Assembly: GCA_029259535.1 (NCBI GenBank)
Contig: JAPHEF010000001.1
Span: 87,399 to 139,128, forward strand
Origin: Candidatus Alkanophaga liquidiphilum
GTDB lineage: Archaea > Halobacteriota > Syntropharchaeia > Alkanophagales > B39-G2
Length of the DNA stretch: 51,730 nt
Direction of reading: 5' to 3'
Part shown: piece by piece, positions 10,371 to 19,787 of the stretch
Layout: each line of letters begins with the position of its first letter
Numbering within the stretch: the stretch's first letter is position 1
Made by a program: the position numbers and the translations under genes
Notes under the pieces: generated by a model
The model's input: only the letters and a program-made list of their open reading frames with translations
What the model was told of the DNA's origin: nothing
Database searches by the model: none

Positions 10371-13215
10371 ATTTCAATCCCACCTTGGTCTGATTTTCTC
10401 ATGAACTTTGCTCGAAACTGTCTGATAAATGCCTTCATTTCAATCCCACCTTGGTCTGATTTTCTCAACCTCTTCAGCCGTCTCCCTTATCGTAAATAAA
10501 AGATTTCAATCCCACCTTGGTCTGATTTTCTCCAAAAAGCTTGAGCCGAAGCGGACGGAATACAGCATTTCAATCCCACCTTGGTCTGATTTTCTCTCAG
10601 AAGTGCTTCAGATAAAGCCACCCAAGACGGCTCACGAATTTCAATCCCACCTTGGTCTGATTTTCTCACCTCTGCCAGCGTAAATGCCGACCCATTGCCT
10701 GCAATTTCAATCCCACCTTGGTCTGATTTTCTCCAACTGACGGCACGGCGAACGGCAAATATCAAGTAATATTTCAATCCCACCTTGGTCTGATTTTCTC
10801 ACATCTACATGCAGCTTTCGGTGGACGGCTTGACGTTATTTCAATCCCACCTTGGTCTGATTTTCTCGTGATATCAGCGATTGAAGCGAAACTTGCGCAC
10901 GTGAATTTCAATCCCACCTTGGTCTGATTTTCTCTGTTCTTGACGTGCGAGCACCTGCTTACGAGAAGAATTTCAATCCCACCTTGGTCTGATTTTCTCC
11001 TGTATCCTGTCATGCAGGTAATACACAAGAACTGTGATTTCAATCCCACCTTGGTCTGATTTTCTCGCGATGGATAATCGAGCGGAAGACTTGGAGCGAC
11101 CTCGATTTCAATCCCACCTTGGTCTGATTTTCTCTGCTCGAAGTAGTATCTATCGCTCTTCACCAGCATGAAAACATTTCAATCCCACCTTGGTCTGATT
11201 TTCTCTCGCTTTCGGTTTTCGCTGGTGTTAAGAAAAGAAGCAATTTCAATCCCACCTTGGTCTGATTTTCTCATGGAAATAAAAACCTTCCGGCCCGCCT
11301 GGTTAAGGCATTTCAATCCCACCTTGGTCTGATTTTCTCGTAATTAGGGTGAGGGTCGATGACTTGTTGGTATATATTTCAATCCCACCTTGGTCTGATT
11401 TTCTCATATAATGAGATACCAGTGCCTACATCGTGAATTTTGATTTCAATCCCACCTTGGTCTGATTTTCTCGCATCCAGAATCCGCTAAGGAAATAGAG
11501 CAAATGATAGATTTCAATCCCACCTTGGTCTGATTTTCTCGCCGATGTGCTGGAGATAAACGAGGCATTAGTAAATTTCAATCCCACCTTGGTCTGATTT
11601 TCTCTGTATCAATCACGTATGCTCTGTCATCTCCTAAGTCAATTTCAATCCCACCTTGGTCTGATTTTCTCGTTAGGGGGATTGCACGGCAGAGGCTATC
11701 AATCGATGCGGAGTATTCATTTCAATCCCACCTTGGTCTGATTTTCTCCGAGGGAGGTCATCAAGAAGATAGCAAGTGAGTGTGATTTCAATCCCACCTT
11801 GGTCTGATTTTCTCTGTCGCTTTCGGTTTTCGCTTGTGTTAAGAAAAGCAATTTCAATCCCACCTTGGTCTGATTTTCTCCGTTCCATCTCTTGAAGGGC
11901 GCTCTCAATGTGCCGTATTTCAATCCCACCTTGGTCTGATTTTCTCATCCACAACCGCAATTCGGGCATGTTCTCCCTGCGATTTCAATCCCACCTTGGT
12001 CTGATTTTCTCTGGGAGATGCAATACTTGAGCAGCAGATACTTTTGGATTTCAATCCCACCTTGGTCTGATTTTCTCCAAAAAGTTGCACCACAGGTATG
12101 CGTATGAGCCTCTACGATTTCAATCCCACCTTGGTCTGATTTTCTCGCCAAACTCGCACGTAAGAAAGAGCCCTGGGAGATAACGATTTCAATCCCACCT
12201 TGGTCTGATTTTCTCAGAAAAACACGTTTCCCATTGCAGGCGAGGAATCGGATTTCAATCCCACCTTGGTCTGATTTTCTCTAACCTGCAGCTTACAGAC
12301 GAGAAACCTGCCGATTTCTATTTCAATCCCACCTTGGTCTGATTTTCTCGACCGTAGTTATTCAATGTCTATATAGAACTATTGGATTTCAATCCCACCT
12401 TGGTCTGATTTTCTCACAGCTTTTTGTATCTCTTTTGCGACGTTAGCAACATTTCAATCCCACCTTGGTCTGATTTTCTCGCTTAGACCGTCTTGCAGAG
12501 CTTTTCCAAAAAAACTATTTCAATCCCACCTTGGTCTGATTTTCTCAAGAGTTGCAAAAAATTCAAAAACTACAAAACGAGCTAATTTCAATCCCACCTT
12601 GGTCTGATTTTCTCAAGAAAAGTCCCTCCACTGCCTCGCCCGGTGACAAGGATTTCAATCCCACCTTGGTCTGATTTTCTCCCCAGGATGGGCTTAAACC
12701 CACGCCCATGGAAAAATTATTTCAATCCCACCTTGGTCTGATTTTCTCTAACCTGCAACTCGCCGACAAGAAACCAGCAGATTTCTATTTCAATCCCACC
12801 TTGGTCTGATTTTCTCTTTACACCATTAGATTTTACAGTTCTATATACCCAGTATTTCAATCCCACCTTGGTCTGATTTTCTCCGACGTTTCTCAACGAA
12901 CTTGCGAAGAACACGAGAAATTTCAATCCCACCTTGGTCTGATTTTCTCTTCCAAAAAAACTCGTGTCCGAGAGCAGAATGTCAATATTTCAATCCCACC
13001 TTGGTCTGATTTTCTCGCGATTCGCAAAGAGCATATATATTTGATTGACGCATTTCAATCCCACCTTGGTCTGATTTTCTCTCAAGGAAAAGGCGAGCGA
13101 CATTTTTAAGCCTTTTTCATTTCAATCCCACCTTGGTCTGATTTTCTCGGCTTAAATGCGGTGGTCTCGTTCATACTCGGCGTAAATTTCAATCCCACCT
13201 TGGTCTGATTTTCTC
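10371..13215 (-). CRISPR. CRISPR array 1: 43 repeats (GAGAAAATCAGACCAAGGTGGGATTGAAAT in crRNA sense), 42 spacers
   Basis: 30-bp repeats counted by eye, spacers mostly 34-41 nt; leader on the right side; ATTGAAAT 3' end indicates minus-strand transcription. Confidence 0.99.
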
Positions 13216-13574
13216 AGGCAAGTTTCTTTTGCCTGCGCTCTGTTTAAAGTCATGAGGCGGCCCCATATAAAACTTACTATCTCGGATCAGTGATTCTCGT
13301 CCCCATATATAAAGAATCCAGACTCGCCATGTGGGAATTTTTTCAGGTTTACAGGGCTCTCGTGCAGTTTTTTAGAGATAGAAACCATATTTTCGGGGAG
13401 CGCCGACGTGGCGACGCCCTCCTTTCCTCTTCGTGTATTTTCCCCGAACTTCTTCACACCTTTAGGAATAATTGTGTTACCACCGCTACGATCCCAGATG
13501 CCATCTCCGCAGATATCTCGTAAATTTGCAGATTTCAAGCAATTAATTTTTGAAAATAATCGCTTTGTATAGGA
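13216..13574 (-). promoter_or_regulatory. CRISPR leader of array 1
   Basis: Non-coding, A-tract rich, two TTTATAT..GGGG TATA-like boxes near the first repeat; identical copy precedes array 2. Confidence 0.9.
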
Positions 13575-13658
13575 TTAGAGAATACTTTCAATGGAGCTTC
13601 TCTCTATTCCTAAGACCTCCTTCCTCATCGCCGCTTTCGTTCTCAGGATGTAGAGGAA
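13216..13658. repeat. 443-bp inverted repeat copy 1 (leader plus cas2 3' end)
   Basis: Reverse complement of 30692-31134; no difference found by eye. Confidence 0.93.
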
Positions 13659-13838
13659 GATGGAATCTTCGTCCTCGTTTATTATCTTCTTCAGCTCGCT
13701 CTTTATGCGTAGGAGCTCGCTTTCCGTGAGCTCACCCTCGAAGACAGAGTTCTGCACCCAGTTCATGTGCATCCGCAGGAACTTCTTGACCCTGTTCACC
13801 CGCTTGACGTTGACATCGTAGGTGATTATAACGTACAT
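13575..13838 (-). CDS. cas2: CRISPR-associated endonuclease Cas2
   Basis: MYVIITYDV...WVQNSVFEGEL...DEDSIFLY. Confidence 0.97.
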   Translation of the reverse strand: MYVIITYDVNVKRVNRVKKFLRMHMNWVQNSVFEGELTESELLRIKSELKKIINEDEDSIFLYILRTKAAMRKEVLGIERSSIESIL

Positions 13839-14683
13839 ACTAATTTTGCAAGACTCACCACTAATTCTTTCCTCCAGTACGGAGGCTTTGTAGCGCTATG
13901 AGCTAATACAGACTTTAATAATGAGCATTTTCTGTTCCTCAAAAGAGATATCACCTCAGTTGTAGTATGAGGTCTTAGAAGCTCCCGGTATTCACTCTTT
14001 CCATTTTTATACACAAGCCCCCTCTCATCAAGGGAAATATCGTCCTTACTTATAAGGTTGTAAATTTGAGTTTTCTTTAAGTCGCCCCATCCCATGTCTC
14101 TCTTCTTACCGATACTCATTTTAGCCTTTAATGAATTCTCAATATCCTTTTTTTCTCCTCTTGCAACTGCAGTCCAAAGCAGATTGGTCCTTTCGATTCG
14201 AACTTCATAAAATATATCTCTATAGGCTCCTTTTGTCTCCTGAATTTCGCTCAAACTCCCCCTCAATTTTACACCTACTGTTTCTTTCACCAGCAAGATC
14301 TTGGGAATCATGCTTTTCCTAGAGATGCAAATTCTCACTGCTCCGCCGAAGTGAGATTTTACTTCTCTTACGCTCTCTAAGCAGGCGGTTTCTCTATTTA
14401 ACCCGAAGCGCATCTCAGTGTTGTATGGAGTGAGCACTGACAATACGTCTCCCCCTCTCACTGACGGCATGAGGTAAGAAGTTGAAATCGAAGGCGTCCT
14501 ATCTGCTATAGCACGCGTGAGGTCTTCAAGGTAACGTTTGCGCCAATCCCTATTTGCATAATATTTTGCGAATGAAAAAACTCCATCCAGAGTTATCAAA
14601 GTACCCTCCAATATGTTAGGGTTGGAAAAGGTGGCTTGGAAGGGGGGTGTTCTGAAGCCGAGAGTTATAAGGAAAATTGTCAT
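13826..14683 (-). CDS. csf3: Type IV Cas5-like RAMP subunit (Csf3)
   Basis: TLDGVFSFA (LDGxL motif), G-rich loop IGKKRDMGWG and C-terminal KPPYW, all typical of Csf3; start reassigned to ATG 14683. Confidence 0.75.
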   Translation of the reverse strand: MTIFLITLGFRTPPFQATFSNPNILEGTLITLDGVFSFAKYYANRDWRKRYLEDLTRAIADRTPSISTSYLMPSVRGGDVLSVLTPYNTEMRFGLNRETACLESVREVKSHFGGAVRICISRKSMIPKILLVKETVGVKLRGSLSEIQETKGAYRDIFYEVRIERTNLLWTAVARGEKKDIENSLKAKMSIGKKRDMGWGDLKKTQIYNLISKDDISLDERGLVYKNGKSEYRELLRPHTTTEVISLLRNRKCSLLKSVLAHSATKPPYWRKELVVSLAKLVCTL

Positions 14684-14699
14684 GTCTTCTTTTCTCTCC

Positions 14700-15638
14700 T
14701 TACCTTCTTCTGCTTCTTTCTTTGATCTCTGGTGCATCATTCAATGCTTCAAATATCTGATCTATTCTGTCTTGGACGAGCTTTTCATAAGCTTGCTCAT
14801 AGTCCTGAGTATTTATTGATGAAGAGTAACTGACTTCGAGACTGCCAAAACCTCTGACAACTGAGCCACCGACGTTTGGGAAGTTTTTAAGAGTTTTAAA
14901 CACGAGCCCCCACTCTGCATCGGTCAGCGGAATAAGCTCCTCAATGTAGGTAACGAAAACTGTACCTGGAGCTATCGCCTCCCTTGTAAATATCTGTTGG
15001 ACTGCCGCCTCCTCGCGTCCTTCCTTTTCTAAGCCTAAAATTCTGTCAAGTTCCTCAAAGTTTGTTTTAATTTCAAGCTGCGATATCTTTGCTTTGTCGT
15101 CCTTTCTTATCATTTGCACTGAGATCAGAATATCGGAGAGTTTCGTCTTTGGTTGTTCTCTCACCAAGTCATCTATTAAATCATAAGTCTCTTCCACAAC
15201 AGGATACCCGATACCGAATTTCAACTTACTTGGCACCATGAATTTTGCAAGCGCACATCCCATTATGGAAAGTGGCAGGAGAGGTTTAACGTAACTCTCC
15301 ATCTTGTTAGATATCTTTTTAGCGGTAAGTTCCTGCTCACCAGCCCTTGCTAGAATCCCGCCACTAAATAACGTCATGAGAGTTCCTGCATTTGCTGTAA
15401 ATTCTCCAGCAGACCCGCTCTTCTTTGCCTCCCATACTCTTTTAACATCTCTTAAAAATTGAATTGCCATCTCGTCTCTAAAAGCTCCTCTGATGCTGTT
15501 CCCAGGGATTATGGGAACCTCCAAGAGTTCTCCATCTTCCTTCACTATTGGAAGTTTGTAGAGGAGCACGGTCGTCCCGACGGACTCGAATCCCACGCTC
15601 AGAGGCTCTTTTGCCTTGAGTTTAAGAACAACCCGCAT
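14700..15638 (-). CDS. csf2: Type IV Cas7-like RAMP backbone (Csf2)
   Basis: PIIPGNSIRGAFRD, LFSGGIL, PLSIMG and VGGSVVRGFG motifs of the Csf2/type III-like Cas7 group. Confidence 0.8.
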   Translation of the reverse strand: MRVVLKLKAKEPLSVGFESVGTTVLLYKLPIVKEDGELLEVPIIPGNSIRGAFRDEMAIQFLRDVKRVWEAKKSGSAGEFTANAGTLMTLFSGGILARAGEQELTAKKISNKMESYVKPLLPLSIMGCALAKFMVPSKLKFGIGYPVVEETYDLIDDLVREQPKTKLSDILISVQMIRKDDKAKISQLEIKTNFEELDRILGLEKEGREEAAVQQIFTREAIAPGTVFVTYIEELIPLTDAEWGLVFKTLKNFPNVGGSVVRGFGSLEVSYSSSINTQDYEQAYEKLVQDRIDQIFEALNDAPEIKERSRRR

Positions 15639-15639
15639 T

Positions 15640-15996
15640 TTATCCCTCCCCTTCTACCTCTATACCTTTACTTGCAGCGTAGAACACTACACTCAGATAA
15701 GGATAGCGTTTTACGTAGTCTAGGACTTCTTTCTCCATGCTTCTCGCTTTGTCAAGCGATACTCTCAGCGCGTTAGCTTTCTCTTTTGAAAGAAAAATTG
15801 CATCTCCGGCGAGCTCTTTTAACAGGCGCTCTGCGAAGTCTTCCACACTATTAACGGACCTTGAAAGCATAGCGACGCGTTTTGCTAGAATCGTATTCCA
15901 CTTCTTCCGTACGTCTTTTGAGATCTTGCTCCAGTCGATAAGCTCATTAATCGCCCCTAATAAATCTATTACCGCTTCCCTTGCATCTCCTCCCAC
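15640..15996 (-). CDS. cas11: Small alpha-helical subunit (Cas11-like) of type IV module
   Basis: About 118 aa, predicted helical; IDWSKI...W motif; between large subunit and csf2; GAGGTG RBS before GTG 15996. Confidence 0.65.
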   Translation of the reverse strand: MGGDAREAVIDLLGAINELIDWSKISKDVRKKWNTILAKRVAMLSRSVNSVEDFAERLLKELAGDAIFLSKEKANALRVSLDKARSMEKEVLDYVKRYPYLSVVFYAASKGIEVEGEG

Positions 15997-17554
15997 GCTT
16001 ACCACCTCTTTTCGGAGGTTTGGGTAGTACTCTCACCCCATATATCTCCCTCAGCCTCCTTAGACACTCTACTGCTTTATCCTTATTACTTCCTACGAAG
16101 TCCATGATTTCAGAAAACTCCTCTACGGTCAAATCCTTCTTCTCTCCCCAGCATATAACTCCGGATCTTAATGAGCTTTCTAATATGAACTTTTTACGTC
16201 GTCCTACTCTGACCGCTGGATGCATAAATTGTGGAATGAAACTTATGGTTAGAGGTATCAATGTGAATTTAGGATTTAGTAGGAAGGCAGCATCTCTGTA
16301 ACCATCTTCCGTCTTTGCTGCTTCAAGCCAAAGTTTACTAAGCGTCTTAAGCCAGAAGTTTCCGGAGATACTTAATGCGATTTCTTCTTTCACCGGGGCT
16401 TGCATTTGTAGTTGGTATCTTTCAACAAGCGCGGGACTAGGTATTACAGCCCCCTCCGTCCCTTGATCCTCTAATAAAAAGCCGCAGAAACAAGCAGGGC
16501 ACACGTGGTCGCCTGAAAACATCATCTGTGGCGCGTCTGCAAATGTTTTACCAAACTCATACCTGATGTTAGCTGGTTCCCCACAAAATACGCACATGTT
16601 ACTGCCCGTGAGCTCTCCACTGATTGAATTTCTCACACCGTCAGCAGATACTGAGATGTTTTTCTTCGTAGCCCAACTTTCTACTTCCTCCCTTAAAAAC
16701 TCTTCTATACATTCTTTGAAGCTCGCATCGAATCCCGAATCTACATAAATCAGCGCTCCGTCCTTGCTTCCACCAATAGTGAGCATTGAGAGGGCGTCAC
16801 CGTATGAAATTTTTACACCATCGCTTTCGATTAGCGTGTCCCCCTCATAATATTCAATGGAGAACTCCTGCCCGAACTCCCTCGCTACCGGTAGCTTTAT
16901 GCTAAGGGTGTCATCTTTAACCTCCACCCTAAACTCTCCTATATCTAACTCTTTCACAATTCCCTCAATTTCCTCTATTGATCTTATTCGGAAAGAAATG
17001 GTTGGTGAATATATGTATTTCACTCTACTTATACCTAAAACTTCTTTGAATCTTTTAGCATAAGCTCTTGAAAGCTTCTTTATTAAACGCTTGTGTAATA
17101 ACGACGCCACTGTAAATCTATACTCTCCTGAAAGCTTTAAGGGAATCAATTTCAGAAAAGGTGATTGTCCCTCTGTAAGGAAGAGGAAATAATTACCCTC
17201 GATTTGTTCCACCAACTGACTTCTCTCTATTTTTTTGATCGGATTTCCTCTATTATGATGGTGCTGTATTATGACATTGGTAGTTTTACCTAAATCTATA
17301 TTACCTTTAAGACTTTCAAGGATGTTATGATAAATAGAGGGATTTGGAGAGAAATGCCACCAATTTGCTCCTCTCTCTCCTTGATACCAGAGCATCATCC
17401 CTTTGAAAAAGTCATGGATCATGCTTGCTGCAGCTATTTCTTTATCATTCTTCTGTAAGCTTGCAGCAGAAACAACGAGCATGTGGTGGGAAAGGTCGTC
17501 TATCAGTGGAACGGAGGTTTTCTTATCCGTCCTCGCTAACACCCCACGGATCAT
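15947..17554 (-). CDS. Type IV-C-like large subunit: N-terminal HD domain plus Cys4 zinc site (Cas10-like)
   Basis: H...IHDFFK...QHHH HD-type motifs; CVFCG...CPACF zinc ligands; no GGDD; first gene of a csf module. Confidence 0.72.
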   Translation of the reverse strand: MIRGVLARTDKKTSVPLIDDLSHHMLVVSAASLQKNDKEIAAASMIHDFFKGMMLWYQGERGANWWHFSPNPSIYHNILESLKGNIDLGKTTNVIIQHHHNRGNPIKKIERSQLVEQIEGNYFLFLTEGQSPFLKLIPLKLSGEYRFTVASLLHKRLIKKLSRAYAKRFKEVLGISRVKYIYSPTISFRIRSIEEIEGIVKELDIGEFRVEVKDDTLSIKLPVAREFGQEFSIEYYEGDTLIESDGVKISYGDALSMLTIGGSKDGALIYVDSGFDASFKECIEEFLREEVESWATKKNISVSADGVRNSISGELTGSNMCVFCGEPANIRYEFGKTFADAPQMMFSGDHVCPACFCGFLLEDQGTEGAVIPSPALVERYQLQMQAPVKEEIALSISGNFWLKTLSKLWLEAAKTEDGYRDAAFLLNPKFTLIPLTISFIPQFMHPAVRVGRRKKFILESSLRSGVICWGEKKDLTVEEFSEIMDFVGSNKDKAVECLRRLREIYGVRVLPKPPKRGGKRGRRCKGSGNRFIRGD

Positions 17555-17585
17555 ACTTCCAACCTCCCTAAGAGCATATAAAACC

Positions 17586-18560
<975 letters not shown>

Positions 18561-18986
18561 TTAGCCTACATCTTTTACGTGCAGGGCTTCGACCACCCGC
18601 CAGGCTTTATTCACGACTTCTTGGTCTGCCGTCACCAGCTTCGCCCCAGCGAGCTTGGCGAGCGCCACATAACTGGCGTCATATAAGGTAATGTCGAGGT
18701 CGACCGCCGTCCTCACCACCTCCTCACAATACCTGCCCCGCAAGCCCCAAAGCTCAATCCCATACTTCTCCAAAGACTCAGCAGCCCTAATCAGCTCCTC
18801 CTTCGAGTATAGGTTGCTGTAGCGCAGAGCATTGAGCACCTCGTAGGGCATTAAACTCGGGCTCGCAAGCTCGACCGCCCCCCGTATGAACTTGTCCCTG
18901 AGAAGGAGTGCTTTTCCGCTGTGCTCCTCCTCCAAGAACCACTTTACGACCACGGAGGCGTCCACTACGACTTTCTCCGCCGCCAC
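18561..18986 (-). CDS. vapC: VapC-family PIN-domain toxin
   Basis: VVVDASVVVKWF, YEVLNAL, TLYDASYVALA, LVTAD acidic PIN motifs. Confidence 0.9.
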   Translation of the reverse strand: MAAEKVVVDASVVVKWFLEEEHSGKALLLRDKFIRGAVELASPSLMPYEVLNALRYSNLYSKEELIRAAESLEKYGIELWGLRGRYCEEVVRTAVDLDITLYDASYVALAKLAGAKLVTADQEVVNKAWRVVEALHVKDVG

Positions 18987-19195
18987 GCCCTTATCACCTC
19001 CGCGCTGTCCCAGCCCTCGGGCGCCTTCTTACGCAGCTTCTCGTTCAGAAGCACCGCCTCCGCAAGGTTCCTGCCGCTTTCCTCTTTAACCTTACGCTCT
19101 AAAGCCTTCCGAACCACCTCGCTCCAGTTTATATGGCTAAGCCGCTCCATCTCACGCTTCAACCGCTCATCCACACGCACGGTCACCAAAGGCAT
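18965..19195 (-). CDS. vapB: Ribbon-helix-helix antitoxin (VapB-like)
   Basis: VTVRVDERLKREM...INWSEVVRKAL; overlaps the vapC start. Confidence 0.85.
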   Translation of the reverse strand: MPLVTVRVDERLKREMERLSHINWSEVVRKALERKVKEESGRNLAEAVLLNEKLRKKAPEGWDSAEVIRAWRRRKS

Positions 19196-19228
19196 GTTTG
19201 TATATGTGTATATACGTGTATAAAAAGC

Positions 19229-19786
19229 TCACGCCGAGAAGCAAAGCTCGTAATAGGCGCACCGTCGGCAAATCGGCTTCCGCTCAGGCTTCGGCAGCCA
19301 CCCACGCACAACACGCTTGATGTCTTCAAGCACCTTTTCAAGCTCCTTTTCAGCCTGTTTGTCGAGCGAAAGCTCTTTCTTCTTCCTGAGCTTCGGGTAG
19401 CTGATCACCGCCTTTACCCTCTCGATACCCTTCCTCTTTTTCAGGAAATAGAGGTAGTAAAGCGTTTGCATCTCATGAGCTTTCTCCATTTTATCGGACT
19501 TCTTCACCTCGTGGATCTCAAGGACTTCGCCGTTCTGCATGAAATCCACCGCTATCAAATCGTCAATAATCACGTTCTTCTCACGTCCCTCATAGCTGTA
19601 TTCGTGCAGTAAGAAGCCCAACGCCACGAGGTCGGACTCCCGCTCCATCTGGATTCCGTGCGAGAACAGCCAGAGCTTCGTCCTGCACACGAAATAGTAG
19701 TTCACCTGCGTCCCCCTGACGAGAAGCTCGTGCTTCAGCTCCCGCTCCAGTTCCGGCTTTGATTCCAACCCCCGCTCGCCGTTCAT
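19229..19786 (-). CDS. cas4: CRISPR-associated Cas4
   Basis: VNYYFVCRTKLWLF, VDF, HEVKKS, QTLYYL, C-terminal CRRCAYYELC Fe-S cluster ligands. Confidence 0.95.
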   Translation of the reverse strand: MNGERGLESKPELERELKHELLVRGTQVNYYFVCRTKLWLFSHGIQMERESDLVALGFLLHEYSYEGREKNVIIDDLIAVDFMQNGEVLEIHEVKKSDKMEKAHEMQTLYYLYFLKKRKGIERVKAVISYPKLRKKKELSLDKQAEKELEKVLEDIKRVVRGWLPKPERKPICRRCAYYELCFSA

Positions 19787-19787
19787 G

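Noticed and set aside
10280-12932. ORFs containing repeated RKSDQGGIEI / ENQTKVGLK / FQSHLGLIFS peptides (also 31219-34305)
   Set aside because: Translations of the CRISPR repeat, not genes
13287-13538. 83-aa and 77-aa ORFs duplicated at 30812-31063
   Set aside because: They lie in the CRISPR leader; identity follows from the leader duplication; no recognisable protein features
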